A stretch of DNA of 55,129 nt from a virus (taxonomy: Duplodnaviria > Caudoviricetes). Positions within the stretch are counted from its first letter, which is position 1. Every line of letters starts with the position of its first letter. Where the stretch lies: the IMG/VR virus record IMGVR_UViG_3300014911_000007, positions 1 through 55,129 of that record; one strand, given 5' to 3'. A program made the position numbers and the translations under genes. Positions 12,201 to 20,876 of the stretch are shown in pieces. The notes beneath the pieces were generated by a model. It did no database searches and was not told where the DNA came from. It was given only the letters and a program-made list of their open reading frames with translations.

Positions 12201-15200
12201 AGCAGTCTTTATTGAGAAGACTGAAGACCTACCGAATGAAGTTCAAATCCACTTACGGGATGAATTGGAGCGGGCTAAGGCTCGCTACAAGGAGGCAGGC
12301 GAGGCCGAAGCTAAGGCGCGTGCGCGGGTCAACGAGTTTGCTACCCGCCTAACGGAGGCTATGGCCCGCGTTGCAGATGAGGCGACGGCCAAGACTTTGC
12401 GCGAGGCACTCGCTTACATCCTTCAGTTTGATCGTGATTATACGTGGATGGTCACAAACACCCGCTTCCACGAATGGTTGATTGAAGACTATCTGTTCGC
12501 TGGGAAGCGAAGATACGCAGCGGCCAGCCTACACAACTACATCTATTGGTACGAAATCAAGCGGGAATTCTACGAGGCGATGGGGAAACGCTTCGACGAA
12601 ATCTCCGATCTTATCCGTGCGGGTAACTATGACGAATTGGCTCGCCGGTTTAGAGATGTCGAGTTCCCATCCGTAGTGGACATCTTTGAGGACATCGGCT
12701 TCGAGTTCCAGTTTGATAACGCAGGGAACTTGGTGGGTATGCGCTGGAACAAAGACCTACGCTTCCAGCTTACCGATACCTATTATACCCATTCCAATGG
12801 CCTGTACAGGTTCCAGCAAGCAGTCCGGCGGGTAGGCGAGGAAGAACTAACAGCGCCCTACACTCGTATATTGGATGCTAAGCCCGCATCAGGAATGCCG
12901 GAGGAAGTGGCTAAGGCCATGCCGGTCCCAGAGAGCGAAATAGCGCGGGCGGAAGGTGTAGAGGCCGAAGAGCTTTTGAAGCCGACGGAGCCGCCTGAGG
13001 AGGTCGATGAGATTTGGGAGACCATCCGAGCCAAGCCAGGATATGGTGGGGCCTATAACGAAGCGTCGGCACGCGAGTTAGCGGAAATGGACGAGCCGCT
13101 GCGCGGCCCATCACTGAACTTCATCTATGGCCGAGTAACGGACGACGATGGCGCACCAGTGCTTAGGTCATTTGCGGACTTCGAGCGGTTTATGAAGGCA
13201 TCCATAAGTAAGGCTTACGAGGCTGGCGACACCGCTAAGGCTCAGATTTTAGAATGGCGACTACAAACTGTCCGCCAGGAGTACAATGCGCTTCGAGAGG
13301 CGGCGGGGCTTGCCTCCAGTTCGTACAAGCTGCCGGAGCTTGAAACCCTGCCACGAGACTTCCAGCGGCTAATCTTGGAAGGCACCCAGGCTGTAGACCG
13401 AGCGCAGGTTCTTCGAGAGCTTACTAAAGACTGGATGGATGACCTTATCCGCCGGATTGAGGACGGCGAACCCGCCTTGGTCGCCAACTTGACCGCAGAG
13501 CAGCGAGAGACGCTTGAGCGGCTGCGCCAGCGGTGGACAAAGCTCATTAGTGAGGGTCTTGAGACCGTAAACTATGGCGGAGAATTCCTAGGTGTGAAGT
13601 TCCCCGGAGCGGTTCATGAGACGAATCGCTTCCTGCTGAACTACAACGAGTTCACGCCTTTCGACCAGTGGATGAAGAACTGGGTCCCATTCTGGATGTT
13701 CCCGTCGCGCACGATCCCAATGTGGCTAGAGACGATGGTTCTGCACCCAGAGCTTGCCGCCTTTTATCTGAAATATCTCGGTCTCAGTCGCCGCCAAGCG
13801 TGGCGGGCCGGGCTGACGACCAGAAACGGCGATCAACTACCGTCCGCTAGGGGCTATATCCGCATCCCCGGCACTGAATACTGGGTGAACCTGTTCGGGC
13901 CAATTTCGATGCGGTACGCAATCCCAGCGTATATGCCGTACTCATGGGAGTACGAGGAAGATAAGGATTTGACCATCTTCCAGAAAACAACCCGCTACGC
14001 TTGGGACATACTCAATATGTTCGGCATGTCCCCGAACCCGCTTATCCCGTGGATTTTGCAGCAGGCCGGATGGCTGGATGCCAATGAGGACCCACTCTGG
14101 CCGCTTATTCCACAGCCAGGGCTAGTGCCTCCTAACTTCCAGCGGGTGATTATGAGCCAACTGCGGAAGATCGTCACGACCGCCCCGGATAAGTGGGACC
14201 CAGACGTTGGCTGGAAAGACTTCCTAATCGACAGGGAGATCGTGAACATCGGCCTCCAGCGGGCACTGGCTACTCAGGACCCAGAGGAGCAGATGCGCAT
14301 CTACCTGCAAACAGTAGCGGCGCTGAAGAACCGCAATCGCCGTCTCGTGACTGGCGACCGGGCTGGGGAGTACGTCTCCGCAGAGGGGGCAGAACTATAC
14401 CTGGAGGCCCGAGATGCCGTCGAGTCTCGCGAATATAACCGGCGGGTGTTCGGTTACTTCACAGGTATCTACCCGAAGCAGTTCACCGACGCGCAGGTGC
14501 TACTAATTCAGACCAGGACAGAGTTCAACGCCTTGGCTATGGCACTTAATAGCTTGGTTGGGATGAACATGCTCGAACTCGACCCAGAGGCCGAGAATCG
14601 GTGGGATTTCTGGATTCGAGAACGGTACCACTCGGTAGAGGGCTACTTCTCGACTCTCTACAACATCATCAGCTTCGTGACGGGGCCGGATGGTAAGGAG
14701 GTCTACGACGATGAGCGGTGGGAGATCATCGCCCAAGAGCTAACCCGCGAGGTCGAGACCCACGCTTATTGGGATACGTGGGAGGTTGCTACCAACATTC
14801 GGGATAAGAAGCTGCGGGCGCTCCCGGCAGGGGCGACTTCTGAAATGCGCCGAGCAATCTACGATGAGTTCTATCAAACCCTGGCGACTGTAGAGACCAG
14901 CGGCCTAATGGATGCGGCCCAGCGACCGTGGTTCATTGGATATAAGCCGCCGCGCTTAGTCTGGGAAGATATCGAGAGCTTCTTCTGGCATACGGCGCTG
15001 TCGGCCCTCGAACCTTATGATGCGACTAGAGAGACGTATCCTGAGTACCTAGAGAGACGGGAAGAGTTCCTGAACAATGAAGTGCCCGTTATTGTCAAGT
15101 CTTCGGAGGTTTTGTGGGAGCGGCTTGCTAAGATTGAATATCTCGATCCTTCAGTGAACAAGGTCGACGACATTATCAAGCGCCTGATGGATGTCGCCAG

Positions 15201-16377
15201 CGCCGAAGGCTATGAGGAATGGCGACGGTCGAGGATGACGGTCGATGATGCCATTATGGACTGGTGGGACCGCCATCGCATCCAGCCCTTCTGGGACGAA
15301 GCTGGCGATCTAGACGTGAACGCTAGGGAATTGTGGTTCCGAGAGCACCCTGCGCCAACAGAGGAGGAGATTATTGGCGGCGTCAGGGAAGAGTTCCCGC
15401 AATTCTCGGACGAGGAAATCTACGAGGCCATTCATGGCCGCCAGATTTGGGATGTAAAGGACCGACTGGAGCAAGAAACTATCGAGAAGCGGGGTGAGGA
15501 AATGGGTAAGTTGGAAGAGCGTCTATGGGATGCGATCAACTCCATCCCGCCTGGAAAGATGGATGAGGTACGGAAGGAGTTCGGTCTGCGTGGCGGAGAT
15601 GAGGACTTCCTTGACGAAGCGTTCTCGAAGCGGGTTTCGTTTGATGATCCCGACGAACTCCGTCATCAAGTGCTCATTCTTGAGCGGACTTTGGCCTACA
15701 TGGGATTTGGCCCGCTTGAAACGCTCACAGATGAAGAGCTTGAAGAGCGGTCTCAGGCGAAACAGGAGCAAAACGAATTCAAGGAATGGGTTGATAAGCA
15801 GACGTATCCTGGGTTCTATGAGGAGCGCCAGCATTACTACTCGCTTTCGCCCTCAGTACGTGATGACTATCTGAAGGCTCATCCGAAATTCGCCGCCGCT
15901 CTTGAACGCTATGACGATCTACGAGCGGAGTGGGCCAAATCTCACCCAGTATGGGCGGACTATTATCTCAACGAGGGTTCGACCCGCCGCAGCAGTGGTG
16001 GACGCCGCGGCTCCAGAACCGCCGAGCCATCTGTTGCTCCTCGGGATCAATACCTGCCGCTCGGTAAGCGGGCCACACAAGATGTCACCCAACTCCTGCG
16101 CCCCGGCGCGTTAGGCGCGGCTGGGCCTGGAGGTAAGCTGGTATGGCCTCCTCGCCTCCGCAAGGAAGCCGGACCAGAAATTGTTGAGGCGAGCCGAGAA
16201 GTGGCTAGTGGTAAGCGGTCGTTCACAAAGACGGAACTCGATTACCTCGAAAGGCTCAAGAAGCTATGGGGCGGAAAATACACCGCTTTTATCGACGAGG
16301 TTATACGGATGGGAGCTAAAGAGGGTGAAAGTATCGTCGATGTTATCAAACGTCGACGCCTATTGACCGGTCATTAG
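6298..16377 (+). CDS. Giant polyvalent internal virion/ejection protein (3359 aa)
   Basis: Uninterrupted ORF, mostly helical and acidic; motifs WASMVLTARPGFTIIN and LLNYNEFTPFDQWMKNWVPFW resemble large polyvalent phage proteins; internal ART-like domain. Confidence 0.7.
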   Translation: MAKRRYEGVNPELRVEDVLKTIKRVPPPAVAPSTEPATAPSTAPFWKTDEFRGVVRNMQPTSPSPNVPHAFLYYDPDSRQLTNDKTDYRVYYNPWDRSLTLEQTKIPAVNATLQVIDPQFDISRLDEQIEPRTTVTPLEVEQVFPEARMLGEPIPGLPGTYRMSEEAERAIRAAYGIDEQAVRRKAIASVELEDVREELANIDNQILSASYPSPTKGAGPVVDLSDLSRRRAELKERERRLLQIIEETEESEQLADEAIDQFSEITGLKPREVMYVPGPDGTPIAVSGHDDSAIQRWWDATFVRPLRKFTEEAAQNPVWRVLGTGFRLLRRLPGHIWGYINNPLQAIPAGWQAASATEWWKTRNPPEELRVRYPLYWQQEMRARIDEEALQEQRDEVNFFAALSAFGAGWAEAFKTRNYEETLSFFEDTWLGFQRAAEDLREGRFPDTLEKPRFVTPELAHILSPDATPEEVRAWIETVDDDELFDLLGVSNPHEWRTKFYTNTVRWYEADKGIANELARVAAAQEKYRTDFETDEIWLYAVAKEAVERVKQYYREKWDISRSDWRYYDFTVTYTESWGPEDPEVLRDQITTALAYATLQKGDLLSPREIELIASRFTDPGTEFWGELLFDLSNLIPGAVMDKAILTPLKSLFRFAGKGVGKFVETVAPDFAAWAIRTFKTSSIISHSYKLRAKATETLGNIASVVRSPGDMREVLTKLVRGQLTPDEMAAYRLTARQVRHIMDPTNGVVIEAALDDPEDLVSLLDQAVSRVYDQVYRRHLGDGKSVEEATRLAEEYISNAKNIVPELTLQLQTAYLRAREVLPGTRLMPDTLVGRLAEALKIGSPPAKIEVLGSYKLPKRVIENAIRGFVQGVGFARNAWASMVLTARPGFTIINYFDTAFRAAVHGANMLDELRYLRELVPYWPEEIPGGFMRALTEDLGEDIAHLILSGEIEANFWTVFRRVAGDRWWLHPLKGLRGVNTAFETVFRMRTYVPLFVKDWNVVQRLIHEALLAEKILDDPIVKAIFESLSAVDTADTATINEILRTLVRQDLVDASYTRSLFFRTGWYDEVYKRLGSHAETKVYLRRVASSLMEEVQKGGLTPEGVQRAFQSVLDEIDALEREAVAVADATRGVDEGLNTKPDMDDMLGGADEVREIDPEVAGVQRSAKLKDGYLMYPEADGIRDDQHLLNAINKYSEGEYKSLDEVPVRVAEDALSVRRERKGITYVPPTKAQREAVEALEREVAEREAKLVEERLKAVTAPEPPESAVRAAPTPEIPSSRVVSEVPVGYHSDPTKLIDPDMVDPGYEYEGLYHVTTARDKVYDEGLKPRAETGRLGLGPGGSITDDGTRVSLTYNYAHAEELANGLHLAARVAQGKATVKEVVDWTLDRLEIGGALMEPPTNVQHVLNEALPIPRDDAGSWDWEILDDVIYELDDILNDKEKYELLQDLDDVISVLISDISSISGLEAPYLPVGLTAPYEAMAELDPNQIEILSIAVRDGAEVEHIPIEFEFRVKPEDLVVIRRPEEEFVSPVSIEYKAMKEAGADTLPPFVGGPLSHANYQWEITAGENMGRTGKLLDRRITPDGKVQYLVDISESADIVPFLDEDMEGLRVWVDAANIRGKLPEDIRAATSRMGHIINAVVEEGEQVDDFDEILRRYLRLSAEERRQLDPRLAKEFEGVADEVVQEMNYYTYWRRKFLTGYDASDFDESFILKQKAGSNYPDWYRRLTEKRWKDLRRAQAHAMAEKAFQILGAGEQPKYAYLVQIRSRTGEEAWEVITSDAAVKDMDELGALVKSLKGEDVEVADVVRSRRAKTRGGIYIEKPRNMSRALNKLAYEDGVEVVLDRALSEHVVIDTAMEGAGDVGYPVPPRPYVSYLVGSDMEDVREYATRFFTEEEAERFLKDLLPKAEEPPSQAAVQFAEDVEEAVEEGQDVPPVPEPTDEEIGPVEHQEPVPESKLEEYEAVFIEKTEDLPNEVQIHLRDELERAKARYKEAGEAEAKARARVNEFATRLTEAMARVADEATAKTLREALAYILQFDRDYTWMVTNTRFHEWLIEDYLFAGKRRYAAASLHNYIYWYEIKREFYEAMGKRFDEISDLIRAGNYDELARRFRDVEFPSVVDIFEDIGFEFQFDNAGNLVGMRWNKDLRFQLTDTYYTHSNGLYRFQQAVRRVGEEELTAPYTRILDAKPASGMPEEVAKAMPVPESEIARAEGVEAEELLKPTEPPEEVDEIWETIRAKPGYGGAYNEASARELAEMDEPLRGPSLNFIYGRVTDDDGAPVLRSFADFERFMKASISKAYEAGDTAKAQILEWRLQTVRQEYNALREAAGLASSSYKLPELETLPRDFQRLILEGTQAVDRAQVLRELTKDWMDDLIRRIEDGEPALVANLTAEQRETLERLRQRWTKLISEGLETVNYGGEFLGVKFPGAVHETNRFLLNYNEFTPFDQWMKNWVPFWMFPSRTIPMWLETMVLHPELAAFYLKYLGLSRRQAWRAGLTTRNGDQLPSARGYIRIPGTEYWVNLFGPISMRYAIPAYMPYSWEYEEDKDLTIFQKTTRYAWDILNMFGMSPNPLIPWILQQAGWLDANEDPLWPLIPQPGLVPPNFQRVIMSQLRKIVTTAPDKWDPDVGWKDFLIDREIVNIGLQRALATQDPEEQMRIYLQTVAALKNRNRRLVTGDRAGEYVSAEGAELYLEARDAVESREYNRRVFGYFTGIYPKQFTDAQVLLIQTRTEFNALAMALNSLVGMNMLELDPEAENRWDFWIRERYHSVEGYFSTLYNIISFVTGPDGKEVYDDERWEIIAQELTREVETHAYWDTWEVATNIRDKKLRALPAGATSEMRRAIYDEFYQTLATVETSGLMDAAQRPWFIGYKPPRLVWEDIESFFWHTALSALEPYDATRETYPEYLERREEFLNNEVPVIVKSSEVLWERLAKIEYLDPSVNKVDDIIKRLMDVASAEGYEEWRRSRMTVDDAIMDWWDRHRIQPFWDEAGDLDVNARELWFREHPAPTEEEIIGGVREEFPQFSDEEIYEAIHGRQIWDVKDRLEQETIEKRGEEMGKLEERLWDAINSIPPGKMDEVRKEFGLRGGDEDFLDEAFSKRVSFDDPDELRHQVLILERTLAYMGFGPLETLTDEELEERSQAKQEQNEFKEWVDKQTYPGFYEERQHYYSLSPSVRDDYLKAHPKFAAALERYDDLRAEWAKSHPVWADYYLNEGSTRRSSGGRRGSRTAEPSVAPRDQYLPLGKRATQDVTQLLRPGALGAAGPGGKLVWPPRLRKEAGPEIVEASREVASGKRSFTKTELDYLERLKKLWGGKYTAFIDEVIRMGAKEGESIVDVIKRRRLLTGH
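10231..10875 (+). other. ADP-ribosyltransferase-like domain within the giant protein
   Basis: LYHVTT...EGLKP...RVSLT...HIPIEFEFRV, in the order of ART-fold core strands. Confidence 0.6.
10356..10368. repeat. AGTAA-N3-TTACT palindrome (reverse orientation, intragenic)
   Basis: AGTAAGCCTTACT. Confidence 0.8.
13207..13219. repeat. AGTAA-N3-TTACT palindrome, 1 mismatch
   Basis: AGTAAGGCTTACG. Confidence 0.7.
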
Positions 16378-16380
16378 GTC

Positions 16381-16414
16381 TTGACATAATATAGAATTTA
16401 TGGTATTATGTCAA
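16381..16414. promoter_or_regulatory. Capsid-operon promoter, symmetric on both strands
   Basis: TTGACA-17-TATTAT on both strands, produced by an 11-bp inverted repeat TTGACATAATA...TATTATGTCAA. Confidence 0.8.
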
Positions 16415-16439
16415 TCTAGTAGCGTAAGGAGGCTTAACA

Positions 16440-17291
16440 ATGGGAGTTCTCAATGACCCTGATGAAGGGGTTCTCAATCCTGAGGATGCCCTTCAGAACT
16501 TGGGAGTTTCGTCCGAAGGCGAACAGGGGGAACAGCCAACAGGCGAGATGGCCCAGGCGGGCGCTGAGGATGTCGAAAAGCTGAAGGCAGAGCTTGAGGC
16601 CGAGCGACAGCGAAGCCAAACTCTTGAGCAGGATATTAACAAGCTCCGCTCAAGCCTCGACAGACGGCTACACGAGACGACAGCGGAATATGAGGCTCGT
16701 GTCAGGGAAGCCGAAGAACGGTGGGCGCAAGCAGCCATGGCTAACATGGACGAGCAGGAACGACTTGAGTTCCAGCTACAGTTAGCCCGCGAGCGAGCGG
16801 CCCGCCTTGAAGAGCAAACTCGTCAATACGAGGAAATGCTTCAGGCGACCCAGGCCATGAATCAGTACGCCCAATGGTACATGCAGCAGGGCGTTCCGTA
16901 CACGGACCTCGACTTCTCCAGCCCCGACGCCCTGATTGCGTCCGGCACTAAGGCAATGGAACGGATCAACCAGGAGCGCATGAAGGAATTGGAGGAGTTG
17001 CGAAAGCAGGTTGAAGAGTACAAGAAGCGTGAGATGACATCGACGCAAGCAACGCAAACGCCCGCTCAGGCTCTTCTCCAGCAGCAACCTACGGAACAGC
17101 CAAAGACGACACCAGTCGTCACGCAGCATGGGGCCGCTCAGACCAAGAAGGTCTCCCCGTCGGAGGTCCTCCAGGCATTAGAGGCTCAATATCCCGGTCG
17201 TAAGTTCACCTTGGATGACCTGCTCACCATGGTTGAACAAAGACAAATTGATCCCAAGATATTGGAGAGTATCGACTGGGATAAGCCCTAA
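16440..17291 (+). CDS. Capsid scaffolding protein
   Basis: Acidic, coiled-coil, 283 aa, immediately upstream of the capsid gene; AGGAGG SD. Confidence 0.75.
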   Translation: MGVLNDPDEGVLNPEDALQNLGVSSEGEQGEQPTGEMAQAGAEDVEKLKAELEAERQRSQTLEQDINKLRSSLDRRLHETTAEYEARVREAEERWAQAAMANMDEQERLEFQLQLARERAARLEEQTRQYEEMLQATQAMNQYAQWYMQQGVPYTDLDFSSPDALIASGTKAMERINQERMKELEELRKQVEEYKKREMTSTQATQTPAQALLQQQPTEQPKTTPVVTQHGAAQTKKVSPSEVLQALEAQYPGRKFTLDDLLTMVEQRQIDPKILESIDWDKP

Positions 17292-17292
17292 A

Positions 17293-17305
17293 AGTAAGGC
17301 TTACT
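17293..17305. repeat. AGTAA-N3-TTACT palindrome
   Basis: AGTAAGGCTTACT between the scaffold and capsid genes. Confidence 0.85.
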
Positions 17306-17363
17306 CCTCACAACCGCATATCTAAATGCCGTCGATGCTCTCCGTTAGCCGGAGGAAATCGAC

Positions 17364-18362
17364 ATGGCTAATATAACCCGAACTCGAATGAGCGCCTCGG
17401 TCAAGACGGCGTACGACCGCCGGTTGCTGATGCGCGCCTTGCCACGATTGCTTCACGGTCGCTGGGGTCGTCCTGCTACCTTTGATGGGTACAAGAACTG
17501 GGAAATCCGCCGGATGGAAGGCTTCACTGACACCGGCATTACCCCTCTGACGGAGGGGGTGGACCCGGTTGAGCATGCGGCTCCTGCAATCTCGACCTAT
17601 ACTCTCGAACCTCAGTGGTACGGTACGTATGTGCAGTACACCGAGGAAGTGAGTATGCAGACCATTGACCCGGTTATCCTGGAGACTTCTCGTATTCTGG
17701 GTGAACATGCCGGGAAGATGATCGACATTCTCATTCGAGACGAGATCACCGCTAACGCTACGGCTGACTATGCGGGTGGTGCCTCTGCTGACACCGACAT
17801 CGACACGACCAATGACAAGATTAGCTATGCTGATCTGGTCCAGGATGTCGCGCTGTTGCAGGCGAATGGCGCTCTACCCGCGGAGAACGGCTACTATCCC
17901 GTCATCATCCACCCCTACTCTTGGGCGACGCTGATGCAGGATACCACGTTCGTGGCTCTCTTCACTCGTGAGGGCGGCGAGTCCATCCGCAATGGTCTGA
18001 TTGGCCGCGTCCTGAACTGCGAACTCTACACGACCTACAACGCGAAGATCAGCGAAGGCGCTGGTGCCGACACGACCGTGGATGTGTACCACGCGCTGTT
18101 CATCGGCGAAGAGTCCTATGGTCTGGCTGGTATGACCGGCCTGTCCCCGAACTGGAATCCCGATGGTGGTCCGCCTGTGGTGTGGGGCCAAGGGACTGGG
18201 AAGAGCGTGAATGTGGCCGAGATCATCGTGAAGGACCTTGGCGAGACGGGCTTCGACCCGCTGAACCGGCGCGGCACGATTGGCTGGAAGGCGACGCACG
18301 ATCAGATTGTTCTCCAGTCTAACTGGATTGTGTCGCTGCATCACGCGAACGACTTCTCCTAA
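17364..18362 (+). CDS. Major capsid protein, N4-gp56 family
   Basis: PLTEGVDP, QWYGTYVQYTE, LGEHAG, IIHPY and DPLNRRGTIGWK motifs. Confidence 0.88.
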   Translation: MANITRTRMSASVKTAYDRRLLMRALPRLLHGRWGRPATFDGYKNWEIRRMEGFTDTGITPLTEGVDPVEHAAPAISTYTLEPQWYGTYVQYTEEVSMQTIDPVILETSRILGEHAGKMIDILIRDEITANATADYAGGASADTDIDTTNDKISYADLVQDVALLQANGALPAENGYYPVIIHPYSWATLMQDTTFVALFTREGGESIRNGLIGRVLNCELYTTYNAKISEGAGADTTVDVYHALFIGEESYGLAGMTGLSPNWNPDGGPPVVWGQGTGKSVNVAEIIVKDLGETGFDPLNRRGTIGWKATHDQIVLQSNWIVSLHHANDFS

Positions 18363-18397
18363 GTCGTAGCCAACTAAACTAACCTAGGAGGAAAACT

Positions 18398-18889
18398 ATG
18401 GCTGGCACGCCTGTTCCCATCCCCCAGCTTGGGGAAGCTAATCTTCCGCATGGGGTGTATGTGGCTCGTTGCCGCTTCGGATACGGGAATTCCGCCTCGG
18501 ACGGCCTGGATGTCTATACCGATACGCAGGGTACTTTTGCCCTGTTCAATATCAACAGTTCAGGCGTTCTCGTCCACAAGGTGGATGCAGCTATCCTGAC
18601 GGCCTTCAACGCCGGTGTGACTCTGACCGTTGGCGATGGCGCGGATGCGGACGGGTTCCTGCGAAGCACGGAGATTGCTGCTACGGTGGTGTCTTCGGGC
18701 CTCGTTCGCAGCCCCGGCACGGATGCGCCCATCTCCTGGTTCACGTCACGGCTGTATATCTCCACGGACTCGATTGATGTTGTAGTTGGCGGGGCTGACC
18801 CGACGGCGGGCATCATGGAAGTCTATGTGATGTACAGCTATGCGCCGCAGGAAGCCTACCCGGACACCGGTGGTAGCGTGAACACATAA
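18398..18889 (+). CDS. Capsid decoration/cement-like protein
   Basis: Beta-rich 163 aa after the capsid gene; AFNAGVTLTVGDGADADGF pattern. Confidence 0.6.
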   Translation: MAGTPVPIPQLGEANLPHGVYVARCRFGYGNSASDGLDVYTDTQGTFALFNINSSGVLVHKVDAAILTAFNAGVTLTVGDGADADGFLRSTEIAATVVSSGLVRSPGTDAPISWFTSRLYISTDSIDVVVGGADPTAGIMEVYVMYSYAPQEAYPDTGGSVNT

Positions 18890-18917
18890 GCCGCATAGCC
18901 TAACATAAAATCAGTCT

Positions 18918-18955
18918 CGGTGTGACCGGCGAAGCCCTCCTAGCCGGTCACACCG
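18918..18955 (+). terminator. 13-bp GC-rich stem-loop (terminator/attenuator-like)
   Basis: CGGTGTGACCGGC / GCCGGTCACACCG with a 12-nt loop; no U-tract; abuts the SD of the next gene. Confidence 0.55.
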
Positions 18956-18971
18956 GGGAGGGAGTGAAACG

Positions 18972-20060
18972 ATGGCTTTCTACAGACCTGATTTGGTCAA
19001 AAAGATTGACAAGTTTCCTACTGAGCATCTGAAGTGGCTGGCTAAACAACGCAAGGGAAAAAGGACGGTAGCCATCGTGGGCTTTGCGCCCTCGTCCCGT
19101 CACCTTGCCCCATATGACGACCCCAATGTAGAGATTTGGGGTGTTAACGAAGCCTACGCCCACAACTTCATGGTGGACTCGAATGGAAACTTCCGGGCGG
19201 ACCGGTGGTTCCAGCTTCACAAGCCTTGGTCGTACAAGCGGGATAACAATCGAAACGACCCGGACCACTGGAAATGGCTTCAGCAAGAACACCCGTTTCC
19301 AATCTACATGCAGGAGAAGGACCCTCTTGTTCCTTCTTCGGTCAAGTATCCCCTAGAAGAAATCATAGAGAAATACTTGGCTGGTAAGGTCTGGCGGGGC
19401 GAAGAAGTCTGCCGGTACTTTACCAGTTCGTTCGCCTATATGTGCGCCCTGGCCCTGTACCTGGGCTTTGAGCGCATCGAGGTCTATGGCTTCGAGATGG
19501 CGACGATGACTGAGTATACCTACCAGAAAGGCTCCACCGAGTTCTGGCTCGGATTAGCTGCCGGACTGGGTGTGGAAGTACAACTCGTTGAAAACTGCCA
19601 GTTGCTTAAAGGTGCAATGTATGGTTATGAGGTGACACAGATGATCAACAGACAAGAACTCGAAGCGCGTCTGGCTGGGCTGAATAAAGTCGAAGCCGAG
19701 GCTGTAGGGGTGCTGAACCAAGCCGCCGGACGCCGACAGGCTTTGGAGAAACAAATCAACGATATGACGATGGAGCTTCAAAAGCTCAATCCTAAGAGTA
19801 AGCGTTACAAGCGGCTCCAAAAGGACATCGCCAAGCGAATCCAGGAACGCAATGTGGCGCTTCAGGATGAGCTAAATAAACTCGGTCGGGCGAATGCCAT
19901 CGCCGGTGCACGCCAAGAGATCCAAATGCTCATCGGCTACATCGACGCGCAGTACAACCTGCCCGATGTCGAGATAGACCAATCGGCTATGCCAATTGCG
20001 CAAATTGGTATCCAGCAAGTCAACGAAGAGTTAGAGGAAGGAGGGTTAGACGGTGGCTAG
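18972..20060 (+). CDS. Sialyltransferase/Maf-like (GT-A variant) protein with C-terminal coiled coil
   Basis: VAIVGFAPS...IWGVNEAY...FTSSFAYMCALALYLGFERIEVYGFEM matches the CstII/Maf/GT29-like pattern (GxGPS...N...TS...A...G...I...G.D). Confidence 0.6.
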   Translation: MAFYRPDLVKKIDKFPTEHLKWLAKQRKGKRTVAIVGFAPSSRHLAPYDDPNVEIWGVNEAYAHNFMVDSNGNFRADRWFQLHKPWSYKRDNNRNDPDHWKWLQQEHPFPIYMQEKDPLVPSSVKYPLEEIIEKYLAGKVWRGEEVCRYFTSSFAYMCALALYLGFERIEVYGFEMATMTEYTYQKGSTEFWLGLAAGLGVEVQLVENCQLLKGAMYGYEVTQMINRQELEARLAGLNKVEAEAVGVLNQAAGRRQALEKQINDMTMELQKLNPKSKRYKRLQKDIAKRIQERNVALQDELNKLGRANAIAGARQEIQMLIGYIDAQYNLPDVEIDQSAMPIAQIGIQQVNEELEEGGLDGG

Positions 20061-20862
20061 AGGACGCAAGAAGCGCCGAATGGCGCACCGAACGCATGTG
20101 CTTCTGGAGAAGCGGGATGTTCAGCGAGAACGAGAGTTCCTAGATTCCGAAGTGGATCTGAACCACCTCGGCCACTATGGAGACGACGCCATCGTCCGGG
20201 CGCTCATCTATGAACTCCCGACGGCGAGCGAGGCGAGGGCGCTGGAAATCGCTCTTGCTCTTCAAAAGCGTCTCCGCGGAGAAGCGTCGCTCTTGGAGAA
20301 CCCCGATGCTGGCGAGACTATCAGCCAGCTACGAGAGCAGGCAGAGAAGGCGGACAAAGCAGCCGAGGCTTTCTCCAAGAATAGTGTGAAGTTCGTAGAG
20401 GAAGTCATCGACCGCGCCCCCAAGCTCTCGGAAGCCGAGCGCGAAAAGGCCCGCCAGCGCGGGATCAAGTACTATCAAGACACGCTGAACAAGATGAAGG
20501 CCGGGAGGCACGTCAGTCAGTTGAAGCTGTTTGACTCATTGAAGGACGAGCCGCTCGAAACCATTCACGTTACGGGCCGAACCGTCCGGCGTAATGGTCG
20601 CCTAGAAACGCTGCCCGATGAGATTATGGTTCGCGGCGTGCGGGTAACATTGAGGCCGGGGACCCGCGAGGTTCCACAGACAATCGCCCGCGAATACCAG
20701 AAGCTCCAACAGCAGCGTGCATATCTTGCTGCTAAGAAGGCGGTATGGGCTGGGCAGGATTCTCCAGAGGGTCTATACGATATCCAGACGCTCCATCGCA
20801 AATTGGCGGCCATTAATAAACAATATCGGGTTCGAGAGAACTATGATGTAAACTTGAGATAA
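20053..20862 (+). CDS. Hypothetical protein
   Basis: 269 aa, GTG start with GGAGG SD, overlaps the upstream stop. Confidence 0.7.
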   Translation: MARGRKKRRMAHRTHVLLEKRDVQREREFLDSEVDLNHLGHYGDDAIVRALIYELPTASEARALEIALALQKRLRGEASLLENPDAGETISQLREQAEKADKAAEAFSKNSVKFVEEVIDRAPKLSEAEREKARQRGIKYYQDTLNKMKAGRHVSQLKLFDSLKDEPLETIHVTGRTVRRNGRLETLPDEIMVRGVRVTLRPGTREVPQTIAREYQKLQQQRAYLAAKKAVWAGQDSPEGLYDIQTLHRKLAAINKQYRVRENYDVNLR

Positions 20863-20876
20863 TGAGGCTTTAGTCC

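Noticed and set aside
6298-16377. Virion RNA polymerase as in N4 (similar size) or a tape measure protein
   Set aside because: No polymerase catalytic motifs recognised; no siphovirus/myovirus tail tube, sheath or chaperone genes.
18918-18962. H-type pseudoknot sequestering the SD
   Set aside because: Only 1 nt links the 13-bp stem to the SD, too short to span it; at most an alternative fold.
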